DNA from: Octopus vulgaris
Taxonomy: Eukaryota
Direction of reading: 5' to 3'
Length of the DNA: 64,000 bases
Assembly: GCA_951406725.2 (NCBI GenBank)
Contig: OX597836.1
Coordinates: forward strand, 7,874,001-7,938,000
How positions within the stretch are numbered: the stretch's first letter is position 1; every line of letters starts with the position of its first letter. This document shows positions 14,564 to 29,372 of this stretch, piece after piece. The position numbers and the translations under genes were made by a program. The notes beneath the pieces are model-generated. The model made no database searches. It had not been told where the DNA came from and was given only the letters and a program-made list of their open reading frames with translations.

Positions 14564-14730
14564 ATTTTTCTTGGTCCTCATCAAATGACATCATCCTCTC
14601 CGTTTCCTTGGATGGTACAGCTCGTCTGTGGGATGTGGCAGCGGGCAGCTGCATCCGTGTCATTGAAGACGGCAGTGGGGCTGAGCTGCTCTGCTGCCAT
14701 TTCCAGCCATTAAACAATAACATGTTTGTT
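14564..14730 (+). CDS. WDR13: WDR13 exon
   Basis: ttacag|ATTTTTCTTGG; DFSWSSSNDIILSVSLDGTARLWD...AELLCCHFQPLNNNMFV. Donor GTATCCTTTG. Confidence 0.95.
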
Positions 14731-16816
14731 GTATCCTTTGCAAATAATAACAAAACTTAACACACCAGAAAACACCAGAGCTACAAACAAGAAGATCCTA
14801 TCTCCCATACATTCATGTATATACAAGTTAATGAGAAAAATTGCTTCATGGTCAGTCATCTTGCCAGAAATAACAGCCAAATCGCTTTCAGATCTCACCT
14901 TATTGCCATTTCGGTGTGTGTGTTTCTTTTATTTGTTTCAGTCATCTTGACTGCATCTGTGCTGAAGCACTACCTTTAGTTGAACAAATCGGTCCCAGGA
15001 CTTATTCTATCAATCTCTTTTATGGAACTGCTAAGTTACGGGGACATAAACGCATATTACTCTTTATTTTGTACAACGATCATTCCAAGCCATCCTGCTA
15101 CTCTCCCTTAAGGGTGGGATTCTATGCATCATGTTGTGTTGCAGCTATTTTGCAGTCTGGGTTACATCAGGTACATCCATACATAAAGTGACATCTCGCT
15201 AAAGATGCTGACTTTAGGTGATTGTGTTGTTATATACCCTTCAAGGTAGGGAATGTGTGTGTATATATATGCTTTCGGTGCGAATGTTTTTTTTATATGG
15301 TGCCATGTTTTACAATCCTGTAAATAATAATAATGGTATTTATTTATATAAACTTAAAGCTTATGGTGATCACCATGCAATGACTAAGAAAAATAGTCTA
15401 ATAACGGGGCATATAAGCCCTTGATAGAAAAAAGAAGGCCTTTCTATCTGCATAGGATGTGGGTTCAAGTCCCATGCAGATAGGAAAGCCTTCTTTTCTC
15501 TGTTGAGGGCTTATATGCTCCTTTATTAGACTATTTTCCTTAGTCATTGCACGGTGATCGCCATAAGCTTATATAAAAACATCATATATATATATATATT
15601 TAACGGCGGTGCATCAGCATGGCCACAGCTCTGAGCTGAAACTAGAAAAAAAAATATATATACACACACACACACAAAATTATGAGCTGAGGGAGACTTC
15701 TATGTGGTCATTCAGTCTGCTAGAAATATCAGGAAAATCTCCCTCAACTCACATCTCATGGTGTTTGTATAGTGATTTTAGTTTAACCCCAAGTCTACCA
15801 TGATCAAATAAACCTATGATCAAAGGCATTCCAGCTGTGACCATCTATCTCAACCATTTCTATGCCAGAGACTATATTGTCTAGTATGCCCTCCCTTTTA
15901 TAAAATGGTAGGGCATAATTTGAGGATATTTTGTTGCTATTTTTAATGGGTCAGATAACCACATAGTATCCCTCACTTCTCAACTCTGTACCTTAGAGAT
16001 TCTGTGTGTTTGTGATAAATAACCGAAAGACTGAGCTTGGCAGTGTGTGATAGTTGCCACCTTATGTTAATGAGGTCGACTTACTGACCAAGGGAGATAA
16101 TTTACACTTGACTGTCTTTGCCATTTATCAATGAAACAGGTCAGGTTCTTATTTTTGTTGCTTGAAGAAGGCATCAATATGAAGATGCAGTGAAAGTGTA
16201 AAGATATGAGCTTAATAGTTTGGATCATTATTTGAAAGCCTAGTAATTCAACCTCTGGTATAGACCTTTTATCTGGTCGTATGACTTGCTGGAAATAGCG
16301 ACCTTAGCATTTAGATTACTCTCTCAAGTGTAATTGCATATTTTTTTCCATTGATTTGAATTAATCAAACATTATTTCATGGCTACGAAATTTTGATGAT
16401 GTGATTGTATATTTGTAGGGTAGGTGTAAGAGGTCAGATCTGGCTGGTTTGAACACAAAACATGTAGAATATTTGGGCTAAATATGGTTTTGGTCATCTC
16501 AGTTCTATAGTAGAAGACATGTGCCATGCAGTGGGACAGCACCTGAAACCGTGTGATTGGGAAGCAAACTTCTCAGCCATACAGGTACACCCACACCTGG
16601 GGCATACTGAATGATATAATCCTAGAGATTCTATGTCTGAAGAATGTCTGATTCTATGGCTTGAATGTCTGATTATGAAACCACTACAGGATCTCTATAT
16701 CTATCCCCTGCTTCTGACCGCAACCTCACATGCCCTCTTTTTCTCCCCGCCTTTCGCAGACACACATATTCCTTTGGTTTCATATGTCAATTGTTTTTTT
16801 CCTTAATATAAAACAG
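14731..16816 (+). other. U12-type (minor spliceosome) GT-AG intron of WDR13
   Basis: 5' site GTATCCTTT, branch site TTCCTTAAT at 16799-16807, no polypyrimidine tract between branch and CAG (16814-16816). Phase 0 join keeps the frame. Confidence 0.88.
15357..15570. repeat. fold-back inverted repeat, about 100-bp arms and 12-nt loop
   Basis: Arm 15357-15457 aligns to the reverse complement of 15470-15570 with roughly a dozen substitutions, mostly transitions. Confidence 0.9.
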
Positions 16817-16876
16817 ACGGGGAGCAATCGCGGCCACGTACAAGTTATGAATGTTTCCACTGGTCAGTGCTGTAAG
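16817..16876 (+). CDS. WDR13: WDR13 exon (60 nt)
   Basis: TGSNRGHVQVMNVSTGQCCK, matching WDR13 VHVMNISTGK; donor AAG|gtcagt. Confidence 0.92.
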
Positions 16877-17490
16877 GTCAGTTTCATTAATCCGGACATT
16901 ACGTTGTTAATTTTGTCTCTCATATATTGTTCAGAAAACATCTCCCAATTGTTTGTTGATGCATTTGACTGGGGACTACGTCTGAGCTTCTATTCTCACT
17001 GATACTCCAAACATGAATTTTACACTTCAACAGCATCTGCACTATCCAAAACGCTTGCTCTCTCGGTCAGGCATTTGTTATATTGGATGTGGTCAGCACT
17101 CATGAGGGGCAATGGTGAGTTTGTTGGTTGGAACAGGCTTGACCTACCTTGAGTGAATGCTGCTGCATATATAAATAAGTAATTGTATGTTGATGAGTTT
17201 CCAGTCTGGTCGAAAACCTAGAATCTCAAGGAATTATATCAACAATAAGAATGAGGGATAATGCCTCAGAAGTATTTCGTCTGTTTGTTTGTTTCAAATT
17301 TATTTTAAATATTTCTCAGCAATGCAGAAAGAATCAGTCACTAACCTAAGAAGATGACTTTTGATCAGGAATCTTCACATCTGCCAGCTGCCATGTATTT
17401 CTAAGATTAGAGTCTTATCACTTTGAGTTAAGACATTTCCAAGGATTTGTGAGTATGTAAGTTATGTCAGTATATATGTCATAGTGCTGG

Positions 17491-17700
17491 CTGATGCCAG
17501 TGCTGCCTGACTGGCTACCATACCAGTGGCACGTAAATAGCATTCACTACACTCTCAGAGTGGTTGGCGTTAGGAAGGGCATCCAGCTGTAGAAACCTTG
17601 CCAGATCAGATTGGTGCAGACTCCTGGCTTTCCTGTCTTCAGTCAAACCACCCAGCCCATGCCTGCATGAAAAGCAGACATTAAACAAAGATGATGATGT
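17491..17700 (+). mobile_element. SINE-like repeat, family B (representative copy)
   Basis: Core GTGGTTGGCRTTAGGAAGGGCATCCAGCTGTAGAAACC...ACCCATGCCAGCATGGAAA with (GAT)n tail. Many copies on both strands (about 1, 3570, 7770, 11060, 26570, 31810, 35050, 39780, 40120). Confidence 0.8.
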
Positions 17701-18377
17701 GGCAAGCTGGCAGAATTGTTAGTGTGCCAGACAAAATGCTTAGCAGTTATTTGTCTGTGTTTATGTTCTGAGTTCAAATTCTGCTGATGCCAACTCTGCC
17801 TCTCACCCTTGAGCACTGGCGTTGATGTAATCAAAAAGCTCCTTCCCCAAAATTTCAGGTCTGATGCCAACATTAGAAAGAATTATTGATATACCATTTT
17901 ACATCTGCTTCCTATGTGAGCATGGGGTGGAAGGATTGACAGAATCCAAAGGATGATCATGTTTTACTCCAGTGGTCTCACATACAGTGAGCTGAAAAGA
18001 ACTTGGATTTACTGAAATTATCCATGCAATTAGTAGAGAAAAACTCCTGATGAGTATGTTTTAAAATGTAAAAAATAATAAACAAGGGAGATAATTACAG
18101 TAATGTTCAGCAACGAAGTTGTTTGGAAAATATGAATGATGCAGTTTAGGATTAGATTTTGTTATCAAAAATCAATTGGCTGAAGGCAATGGACACGTTT
18201 TGACCTCGTTAGGTATGTCTCACTAAGGATAAACTTCCACCATACTTATATCAAGTTTAGTGATGAAGGAATCAAAGATAATGGTTGGTATGGGTAAATT
18301 GGTTTAGAGAATATATTACTTCTTAGATACCATCTGGTAGAAAAATAAACATTCTAATGGTTGAAGCTTTGAAGTCA

Positions 18378-18595
18378 CTGTCAACAGACCAGATATTTAC
18401 TCTGCGGCAGGCTTTGAGAAATCACGGGAATATTGCCAAGAGGTGGACATGCTGTGGGAAGGTCTTGCAATAGTTTCAGTTTACTGGACACTCCTGGTTG
18501 CTGTGAAGTCCCTATGGGGATACGCCAGACACTTGTGTTTGGATAAATGGCATTAGGTTTAAACCTTTCAATGTAGACCTCAGCAGGGGTGTCAC
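18378..18595 (+). mobile_element. decayed RTE-clade LINE reverse transcriptase fragment
   Basis: Across frameshifts reads STDQIFTLRQ, FEKSREY, LLVAVKSL and TCVWINGIRFKPFNV, leading to a QG-like motif, as in the RT N-terminal subdomains of RTE LINEs. Confidence 0.75.
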
Positions 18596-18710
18596 AATGA
18601 GTTGGGGTAGGAGTAGTTGGCTGATATTTACTTCTTAACCACATAGCTATGATGATGATGATGATGATTTCTAGAAAAATCCTTGGTAAAGAGATATTAA
18701 TTTTGTGTAG

Positions 18711-18971
<261 letters not shown>

Positions 18972-19775
18972 TGATGCAAATTCACCCACAACAGCAAACA
19001 CAGCCCAGTAAACATCATCACACTTTACCATTCTTTTAAACACAAACAGAATATGATCAGAGCCTTAGATATGAACTGCTCCTTGCTCTACTACGACACA
19101 ACCTCCCATGAAAATTGTATGTAGATTTTAGTTCTATGCATCTGCTTAGAATTCTTCATTATTTAAGTTTAAAGAGATGCAGTATAAGGGTTGGGACATT
19201 GCTGGGATTATCCAAGATGTGGGAGATTTACAGACTACTTCCAGAAAAAAAAGCCCTTTTTGAGAGAATGCCCTGAAGACACTTGCCAACCCATTACAAC
19301 CTCTGACCCACAGGCATACTTTTTTTTATCGATACTGACTAGGATCAAGCCATGTCCATAGAGACACTCCTAACTCCCTGGTCTCTTCCCTTATCTCATC
19401 AGCCATGTTGTATCCAACTGCCTAGAGCCTGCACTAATAACTCTTGTTTTACTCATAATTTTGAGTGTAAATACAGAATCAGCATTTGAGTGAAGCTGGT
19501 TAATAGACTGAATCCCCCATGGCCTGACATCACCAATTGGACTTTGGATGCCTTTAATGCAGTCAGCTCTGATACCTGTATTTAAAAACTAACTCTCTTG
19601 TTTGAGGAACACCTGTCTTGAAAGACCAGGAGAAGAGGTCCACTGCTGCTTTGGTTAAATCAAGAAAAAGTTACAAAGACAAAAACGAAGTTATAAGTAG
19701 ACAGACAGATGTAAACAGTTGTAGACAGACAGACAGTCACACAGTTTCAATAATTTGAGGCATTGGTCTTTAGAT

Positions 19776-21575
19776 CGTATATATATATAGATATACATAT
19801 ATATACATACATATACATATATACACATACATGCAAACATGCATACACATACAAACACATGCACACATACATACACATACACTCATACATACACACACAT
19901 GCACGCACACACACGCACATATATACACACACATACACGCACCCACACATACATGCACACACATATACACATACACACACATACATACATGCATACATAC
20001 ACACACACACACACACATACATGCATACACACATACACGCACACATACACACGCACACATATACATGCACACATACATGCATACATACACACACACACAT
20101 ACACATACATGCATACACACATACACGCACACATACACACACACATGCACACACATACATGCACACACACACACACACACACACATACATGCACACATAT
20201 ACATGCAGACATAGACATGCACCCACACATATATACACACACACACATGAATACACATACATGCACACATACATACATGTATACACACACACACACACAT
20301 GCAGACATACACACGCACACAACACATACATGCATACACACATATATACACACACACACATGAATACACATACATGCACACATACATACATGTATACACA
20401 CACACATACATGCACACATACATAAACACATACATGCATACACACATACACGCATACACATACATGCACACATACACACACACATACATGCACAAATACA
20501 TAGACACACACATACATATGAATCCACACATATATACACACACACACACATACATGCACACATACATACATACATACATGTATACACACACACATGCAGA
20601 CATACACACGCACACATAACACATACATACATACACATGCACACATACATACATACATGCAGACATACACATGCATACACACACACACACACACATGCAT
20701 ACACATACATGCACACACACACACACGCATACACACACACATACACATACACACACACATACATGCAGACATACACATGCACACACAACACATACATACA
20801 CACATATACATGCACATAATGCATACATACACACACATGCACACATACATACACACACATACATACACACACACACCCACACACACATGCATACACACAC
20901 ACATGCATACACACACATACATACACACACACACACACATGCATGCACACACACACACACACACACATACATACACACATATACATGCACACACACACAT
21001 ACACACACATACACATGCAAGCAGACATACACATGCATACATACACACACATGCACACACATACATACGCACACATACACCCACACACATGCATACATAT
21101 GCACACATGCACACACACACGCACATACACACATACATGCACACATACACACACACATATGCAGATATACAAACGCACATGCAGACATACACACGCACAC
21201 ATAACACATACATGCATACACATATACATACATACACATGCACACATACATACACACAAACATGTGCACACATACACATGCATACACACACACACATGAA
21301 TACACATACATGCACACACACATACACACATGCATACACACACGCACACATACATGCAGACATACACACGCACACATATACACACACACACAGCACATAC
21401 ATGCACACATACACACACACATACACGCACACATAACACATGCATAAACACACACACACACGCATACACATACATGCACACATACATATAAACATACATG
21501 CACACATACATACACGCATACACATACATGCAGACATACACATGCATACACACATACACACACACACATGCATAC

Positions 21576-21624
<49 letters not shown>

Positions 21625-23508
21625 CACACACACATACATGCAGACATACACATGCACACACACAACACATACATACACACATAATGCATACATACACACA
21701 CATGCACACATACATACACACACATACATACGCACACATACACCCACACACACATGCATACACATACATGCACACACACACGCACATACATGCACACACA
21801 CATACACATGCACACATACATACACATACACACACACACACATACACACACACACATGCATACATACACACACACGCACACACATACACATACATGCAGA
21901 CATACACACGCACATGCAGACATACACACGCACACATACATACACACACACACGCACACATACACGCACACATATACACGCACACACTCACATGCACACA
22001 CACATGCACACACACATGCATACACACATACATGCATACACACATACATGCACACACACATATGCAGACATACAAACGCACATGCAGACATACACACGCA
22101 CACATACATACACGCACACAGACATGCATACACACACACACACGCACATACATGCACACACACACACATACACATGCACACATACATACACACACACACA
22201 CACACACATGCATACATACACACATATACATGCACACACACACATACATACACACATACATGCACACATACATGCATAGACACACACACACGCGCGCACA
22301 CACATACACACACATACATGCACAAATACATACACATACATGCACACATACATACACACACACACATGCACACATACACACACATGCACACATATACACA
22401 CGCACATACATGCACACACTCACATGCACACACACATACATGCATACACACATACATGCACACATACATGCATACACATACATGCACACATACATACACA
22501 TGCACACACACATATGCAGACATACAAACGCACATGCAGACATACACACGCACACATACATACGCACATACATGCACACACACATACATGCACACACATG
22601 CATACATACACACACACGCACACACATACACATACATGCAGACATACACACGCACATGCAGACATACACACGCACACATACATACACACACACACGCACA
22701 TATACACGCACACACTCACATGCACACACACATGCACACACACATGCATACACACATACATGCATACACACATACATGCACACACACATATGCAGACATA
22801 CAAACGCACATGCAGACATACACATGCACACATACATACACGCACACAGACATGCATACACACACACACACGCACATACATGCACACACACACACATACA
22901 CATGCACACATACATACACACACACATGCATACATACACACATATACATACACACACACATACATACACACACATGCATACATACACACACACACACACA
23001 CACATACATGCACACATACATGCATACATACATAGACACACACACACGCGCGCACACACACACATACATGCACAAATACATACACATACATGCACACATA
23101 CATACACACACACACATGCACACATACACACACATGCACACATATACACACGCACATACATGCACACACTCACATGCACACACACATACATGCATACACA
23201 CATACATGCACACATACATGCATACACATACATACACATGCACACACACATATGCAGACATACAAACGCACATGCAGACATACACACGCACACATACATA
23301 CGCACATACATGCACATGCACACATGCATACACACACACACACACGCACATACATGCACACATACACATGCACACATACATGCATACATACACACACACA
23401 CGCACACATACACACACATGCATACATACACATATACATGCACACACACACATACATACACACATACATGCATACACACACACGCACACATACATGCACA
23501 CATACATG

Positions 23509-23560
<52 letters not shown>

Positions 23561-24397
23561 CATACATACACACACACGCACACACTCACATACATGCAGA
23601 CATACACACATACATGCACACACATACATGCATACACACACACACACGTGCATGCACATACATGCAGACATACACACGCACACATATACATGCACACATA
23701 CATGCATACATACACACACATACATGCACATTTACATGCATACAAGCACACATACACACACACGCACACACACATGCACACACACATGCATACACGCACA
23801 TGTACACACACATGCAGACATACGCACACTCACATACATGCAGACATACACACGCACACACACAACATACATACACACATACACATACATGCATACACAC
23901 ACACGTGCACACACATACACGCACACACACATACATGCACAAATACATACACATACATGCAGACATACACACGCACACATATACATGCACACATACATGC
24001 ACATTTACATGCATACAAGCACACATGCACACATACACACACGCACACATATACACATGCACATACATGCACACACTCACATGCACACACACATACATGC
24101 ACACATACATGCATACACGCACACACATACACACATGCAGACATACACACGCACACACATACACACACACATACATGCACAGACACATACGTGCAGACAT
24201 ACACACGCACACACACAACACATACACATATAAATGCACATACACACATACACATGCACACATACATACACATACATGCACACACACAACCACACATGCA
24301 TACACACACATACACGCACATACATGCACACACATACATGCAGACATACACACGCACACATACATGCACAAACACACATACACACACACATACACAT
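19776..24397. repeat. 4.6-kb compound (CA/TA/TG/CG) purine-pyrimidine alternating array in a WDR13 intron
   Basis: Continuous CACA/CATA/CATG/CACG mixture with recurring landmarks such as GCAGACATAC. Source of the many His/Thr and Cys/Val ORFs. Confidence 0.97.
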
Positions 24398-25267
24398 CAA
24401 ATCCAGAGACGAAATAAATTATAAATTACTCACTTTTCTGCGTCCCTTTATTTTCTTCTGTTGATTTGTAAAATTTTTTAGTTTTTCCATTTTCTGAACT
24501 TTATTTATTTAAATCTCTTATAACTTTTTTTTTCATAATGAGCCATTAAAAGAAATGGGTCTTAAGTCTTATAAATTCTCTTAAACGCCAGAGACCCCCC
24601 CTCCACCTCCGATCTCTTTTGTTATTGCTATGGCAACAGAAAATCAAACGCAAGTCATTTTCAGATACTTCCTTTTGGATGATTGTTACTGTCTAACCGC
24701 ATGTCAGTTCTAACTGAGCAGACCTATGATTACAGGTGTTCCAGCCATGACCAATCTCATCTGTACAAAGTGTTCGTTTTCCATTTTACAAAGACTGTAG
24801 CAGTGTGATTGGAAGGGAAGTTGACTGCTATTTCTAGTACAATGAGCAAAGACATGATGAAGAGAGTCAAATTTTGATTTAGGAAAACACTGACCTGGCT
24901 TTTACTTGTTTCAGTCATTGAACTGTGGCCATGCTGGGGCACTACCTTCAAGAGTTTAGTCAAACAAAATGACCCCGGTACTTATTAAGACGGGTACTTA
25001 TTCTATGAGCATCTTTTGCTAAGTTACAGGGAAATAAACAAACTAACACTGGTTGTCAAGTGATGGAGCAGAAAAATTTAAATACACACACAGTAGACTT
25101 CGACAAAGATTCTGTGTACCAAATCCATTCACAAGACACTTGCCCAAGGTGCTCTGCACTGTGGGACTGAACCCAAAACCATGTGGTTTGAAAGCAAGCT
25201 TCTTAACGACACAGCCAAGCAGGCACCTTTAGATTTATGATAATAATAATAATTAAAAAAACGATGA

Positions 25268-25423
<156 letters not shown>

Positions 25424-25823
25424 TAAGGAACAAGAAAATTTTGATTTTAAATTAAGTTTTTCCATTGTTAACAATTTCTACTTATTCAGACAATTTGTTA
25501 ACTATTTGGGGCTAAAGTAGAAATCACTTGTCCAAGACGCCACTCAGTGTGGGATTGAACATAAAACGCTGTCATTGCAAAGAGGGCTTCTGGAACATAC
25601 AGCCATGACTGAAACGTATGGGATTTAAGTAATGGTTCTTTACATTCTAAGATCAAATCCCATCAAGGTCAACTTTACCTTTCATCCTTTCGGGAGCAAA
25701 TGAAAAAAGAAGTATCATTCAAATATTGGAGTCAATGTAATTGATTAACTCGTTCCTCCCTTAATTGTGGTCCCTGTTCCATAATGTAATCAATTAACTG
25801 CTGTTCTTTTACCTAGAAGCATA

Positions 25824-26018
25824 CAGTAATCCTTCGGCTATTGCAAGGGTTACATTCCAAAACCTCCCACAGAAATGATTAAAATCTAAATACCTATTGG
25901 CTGCAGAAACCTGGATATACTGAGGAGTCCATGATATAAACTTACATATATTAGCCAGAAAACTCTGCGATATACTGAGTGCATGACAGGTGATCCACGA
26001 TATGGCAAGGACTTACTG
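25824..26018. mobile_element. Tc1/pogo(Tigger)-like MITE
   Basis: TA|CAGTAATCCTT ... AAGGACTTACTG|TA: imperfect TIRs with CAGT ends and TA duplication. Confidence 0.7.
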
Positions 26019-26961
26019 TAACGATTGGTGCGAAATAGAGGGAGGCAACTCTGCTCGAGATGCATGTTAAAATATCCCAGATTTGCCAGGTGGGAAAGTA
26101 TGTGTCAGCAGATAGCAGTGGATGTAACATCTTGCCTTAAACATTGGAGCGTTGACAGAAAGAAAATAAATACAGGGAGTTCTATAAAATTGCTATTGAT
26201 GTTATCTTTAAGGATGAAGCGTTTCTGTTTTATTCACTTGCAAGTTTTCCTGTTAGATTTCTGATTTGAGGATGCTACCATCCATCATCTTAACTCCCCA
26301 GCAATCTCAGAAGCTCTGTAGAGAGTCGTGAATATTGCTTTTTCTGCTAAAAGGTACAGGGGAAACAAAACAAAACACAATCTTATTTAATAGGTATGGC
26401 TATGTGGTTGAGAAGCTTACATTGCAACCAAATGGTTTCAGGTTCAGTTCCACTTTGTAGCACTTTGAGAAAATGTCTTTTACTAAAACCCTGGGCCAGC
26501 CAATGCCTTGTGTGTGTGAATTTGGTAGACAGAAGCTGTGTGGAAGCTTGTCGTGTGTGTGTATGTGTCTGGTGCCATGTAAAAAGGACCCAGTACACTC
26601 TGTAAGGTGGTTGGCATTAGGAAGAGCATCCAGCCATAGAAAGCAATTCCAATCAGACAATTACAGCCTGGGACGAGGTGGGGGGCAGTCTTCTGGTTTG
26701 CCAGTTCCTGTCAAATCTTCCGACCTGTGCCACCATGGAAAACTAATGTTAAAGGATGATGATGATGTGTTTGTCCACTATCACTATTTGACAAGTAGTG
26801 TTGGTTTGTTCATATCCTTACCCCAGCATGGCTACAGTTCAAGGAAAGTAACAAGTAAAACATAAAAGAGAAAGTTATTTAAAAATTCATGCAATTCTCT
26901 GGTTTCATCATCATCTTCATGTAAAACTAAATTGAGGAGTGTGAAGGTGTTACGGCACTTT

Positions 26962-27275
26962 TAAAGATGATAGCATGTTGTCAACTTAATGTGACAGTCC
27001 CATAAAAGGGAAGAATGCTACTGTTATTTAACCCTAGGAAACACAATTTCCTGTGTCCTTATGTTTTCAAAGTGGAGACAAGCACCTCCACCCAGCAAAA
27101 CTAGTATCCAGAGACTAGCTTCAGAGTCATTGCTCATCATCAGTCTGGAGTAACATAAGGACACAGGAAATGTGTCAAGTCCAACAGGAAACGGTGTTTC
27201 CTAGGGCTAAACAACAGTAGCATTCTTCCCTTTTATGGGACTGTCACATTAAGTTGACAACGTGCTATCACTTTA
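26962..27275. repeat. fold-back element with about 100-bp arms and a hammerhead-like core in the spacer
   Basis: 26962-27065 is nearly the reverse complement of 27152-27275, with an insertion of about 20 nt in the right arm. Confidence 0.88.
27107..27149 (-). ncRNA. degenerate minimal type I hammerhead ribozyme (Penelope-like/retrozyme type)
   Basis: Minus strand: TCCAGA CTGATGA T GAG-caatga-CTC T GAAG CTAG TC TCTGGA. 6-bp stem I, CUGAUGA box, 3-bp stem II, GAAG instead of GAAA, palindromic CUAG stem III and a GUC site. Confidence 0.6.
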
Positions 27276-28150
27276 TTGTGCTGCTACTGCATAAATCTCT
27301 CTGAGAGATTTAGAAATGTATTATTATTTCTACTCGTTGATATCTTTTACTTGCAACCTCAACAGGTTTTAACTCTTCTTAAGGATGTTTATTCCTGTTG
27401 GAATACAATGCCTTTGTTTCAGTTAATTTTATTTGGTAAGATAACTTTGTCATTATTAAACTGTGGGAGTTAACGAGCTGGCAGAATTGTTAGCATGCTA
27501 AACAAAATGCTTCAAAGCATTTTTTCTAGCTTAACATTTTGACTTCAAATTCTGCTGAGATTGACTTTGCTTTTCATCCTTTTGTGGGGTCAATGAAATA
27601 CATACCAGGCTAGTTACGCACTGGGACCAATGTAATCAACCAATTCTCCTCCCACAAAAATTCCGTGCCTTGTGCCTTTAGCAGAAAGAATTATTAATGA
27701 AAGTTTGATGGAAGAAGGTTAAGCATGAAGTCTGTAATAGGACCAAGGAAAATCTGAGTCAGGTAAGTGTGGAGAGGGTTAAAAAACTTTTTGAAGCCAA
27801 CCTACCTGGTTCATCATCATTTAATGTCTGTTGTCCTTGCTGGCATGGGTTGGACAATTTGACCAGAGTTGGGGAGCTGCACCAGACTCCAGTCTGATTT
27901 GGCAGGGTTTCTACAGCTGGATGCCCTACCTAACACCAACCACTTTACAGAGTGTGCTGGGTGCTCTTATGTGGCACTGCACAGGTGCTTTTACTGTTTC
28001 TATGGTTTAAATAAAAAAACTTCCTGTTTTAAATTGATCTCAGAACTTTTCATTAAAATTTCATGTTAATTTTTGTTCCAAACATCAGAAAAGCAAACAG
28101 CACATTTCTAGAGAAGGCATTAACAAGTATGTTTCTTTGTGTATTTCCAG

Positions 28151-28269
28151 CATCATATCAGAAGATGGTGGTTTGCAACTGAAAAGAAAGTTTCCGATCA
28201 AACACAGAACGGCTCATGTTAAAAGTACATTTTGTCCTCTGATGTCCTTCAGACAAGGTGCATGTGTCA
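28151..28269 (+). CDS. WDR13: WDR13 exon
   Basis: tttccag|C; IISEDGGLQLKRKFPIKHRTAHVKSTFCPLMSFRQGACV; donor A|gtaagt. Confidence 0.95.
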
Positions 28270-29372
28270 GTAAGTACAAACAACTGATTAAGTTCATGGG
28301 ACACAATATCAATGGACTTAAGAAGACCACTTCTAGTTTTATGATATTAAACCCTGCTGATTAGTCCCCATGCTCAAGGATATTCCATCAATGACCATCC
28401 CATCTTTTTTTCTTTTTTTTAGTGGTCAGGCTGTTGGACTCACAATCGTAAGATTGTGGTTTCGATTCCTGGACCGGGCAATGCATTGTGTTCTTGAACA
28501 AAACAGTTCATTTCACATTGCTCCAATCCACTCAGCTGACAAAACTGAGTTTAGCCTGGAAAGGGATGGGCTCCACCAGGCTTTCTCACCTTAGATATGC
28601 TGCATGGCTGCAACACCCTAACAATCCCCAAGGAGTTAAGGGATTTGACAATTGTCAATCTAGGAATATATTATATTGAAAGCGAAAAAAATAGAAAAAG
28701 AAAAAACTCGCTCACCTTACAAGTTGACATCTTAATAGCTGACAAATGATGTCTACCACAGGGAGAAATGGTGCTAAGCACTTTGAATGATATGCCAGCC
28801 TGCTGCAATTATAGCCTCTATAATGTAGCGATGTTGCTTTAAAGTAGGAATACTACTCTATGCATATACAGATATGCAACATTATTTCTATAAAGTAGTG
28901 TCTCTATGCATGAAAGCATGTGGCCTAGTGGTTAGAGGTGTTCATTTATGATTGCAAGATTGTGGTTTCAATTCCAGGCCCAAGTGGTGCATTGTGTTCT
29001 TAAGCAAAACACTTCAATTTACATTGCTCCAGTGCATTCAAGTCCCTAGGAAGTTAACCCTGTTAGAGACCAGTATCTTTGTTCAGCTAGAGAAGGGGAA
29101 TGTTTTAATCTCAGTTACTTAGACTGGATTAAGCTTCAGCCTTTTGAGTCCTGGGGCTCATGACAGACCAAACCCAAGTGGTTTAATACCCTCTTAAAGT
29201 AGGAGCTTCATGACAATAGAAAATGCCCCTCAATCAATGAAGGGTAGAGTCTTAATAAAGATGTGGTGAATAGTATGTCTTGTAACCAATGGAGATGTTT
29301 CTAGGAACTAACACCTCTGACATGTATAATAAAAATACATGAAAAATAGCCACCCAGGATTCCAGCCACTCC

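Noticed and set aside
19747-24464. Very long ORFs (up to 1282 aa) of Cys/Val/Met or His/Thr/Tyr
   Set aside because: They occur in all frames on both strands because RY alternation rarely forms stop codons. The region is intronic low-complexity DNA.
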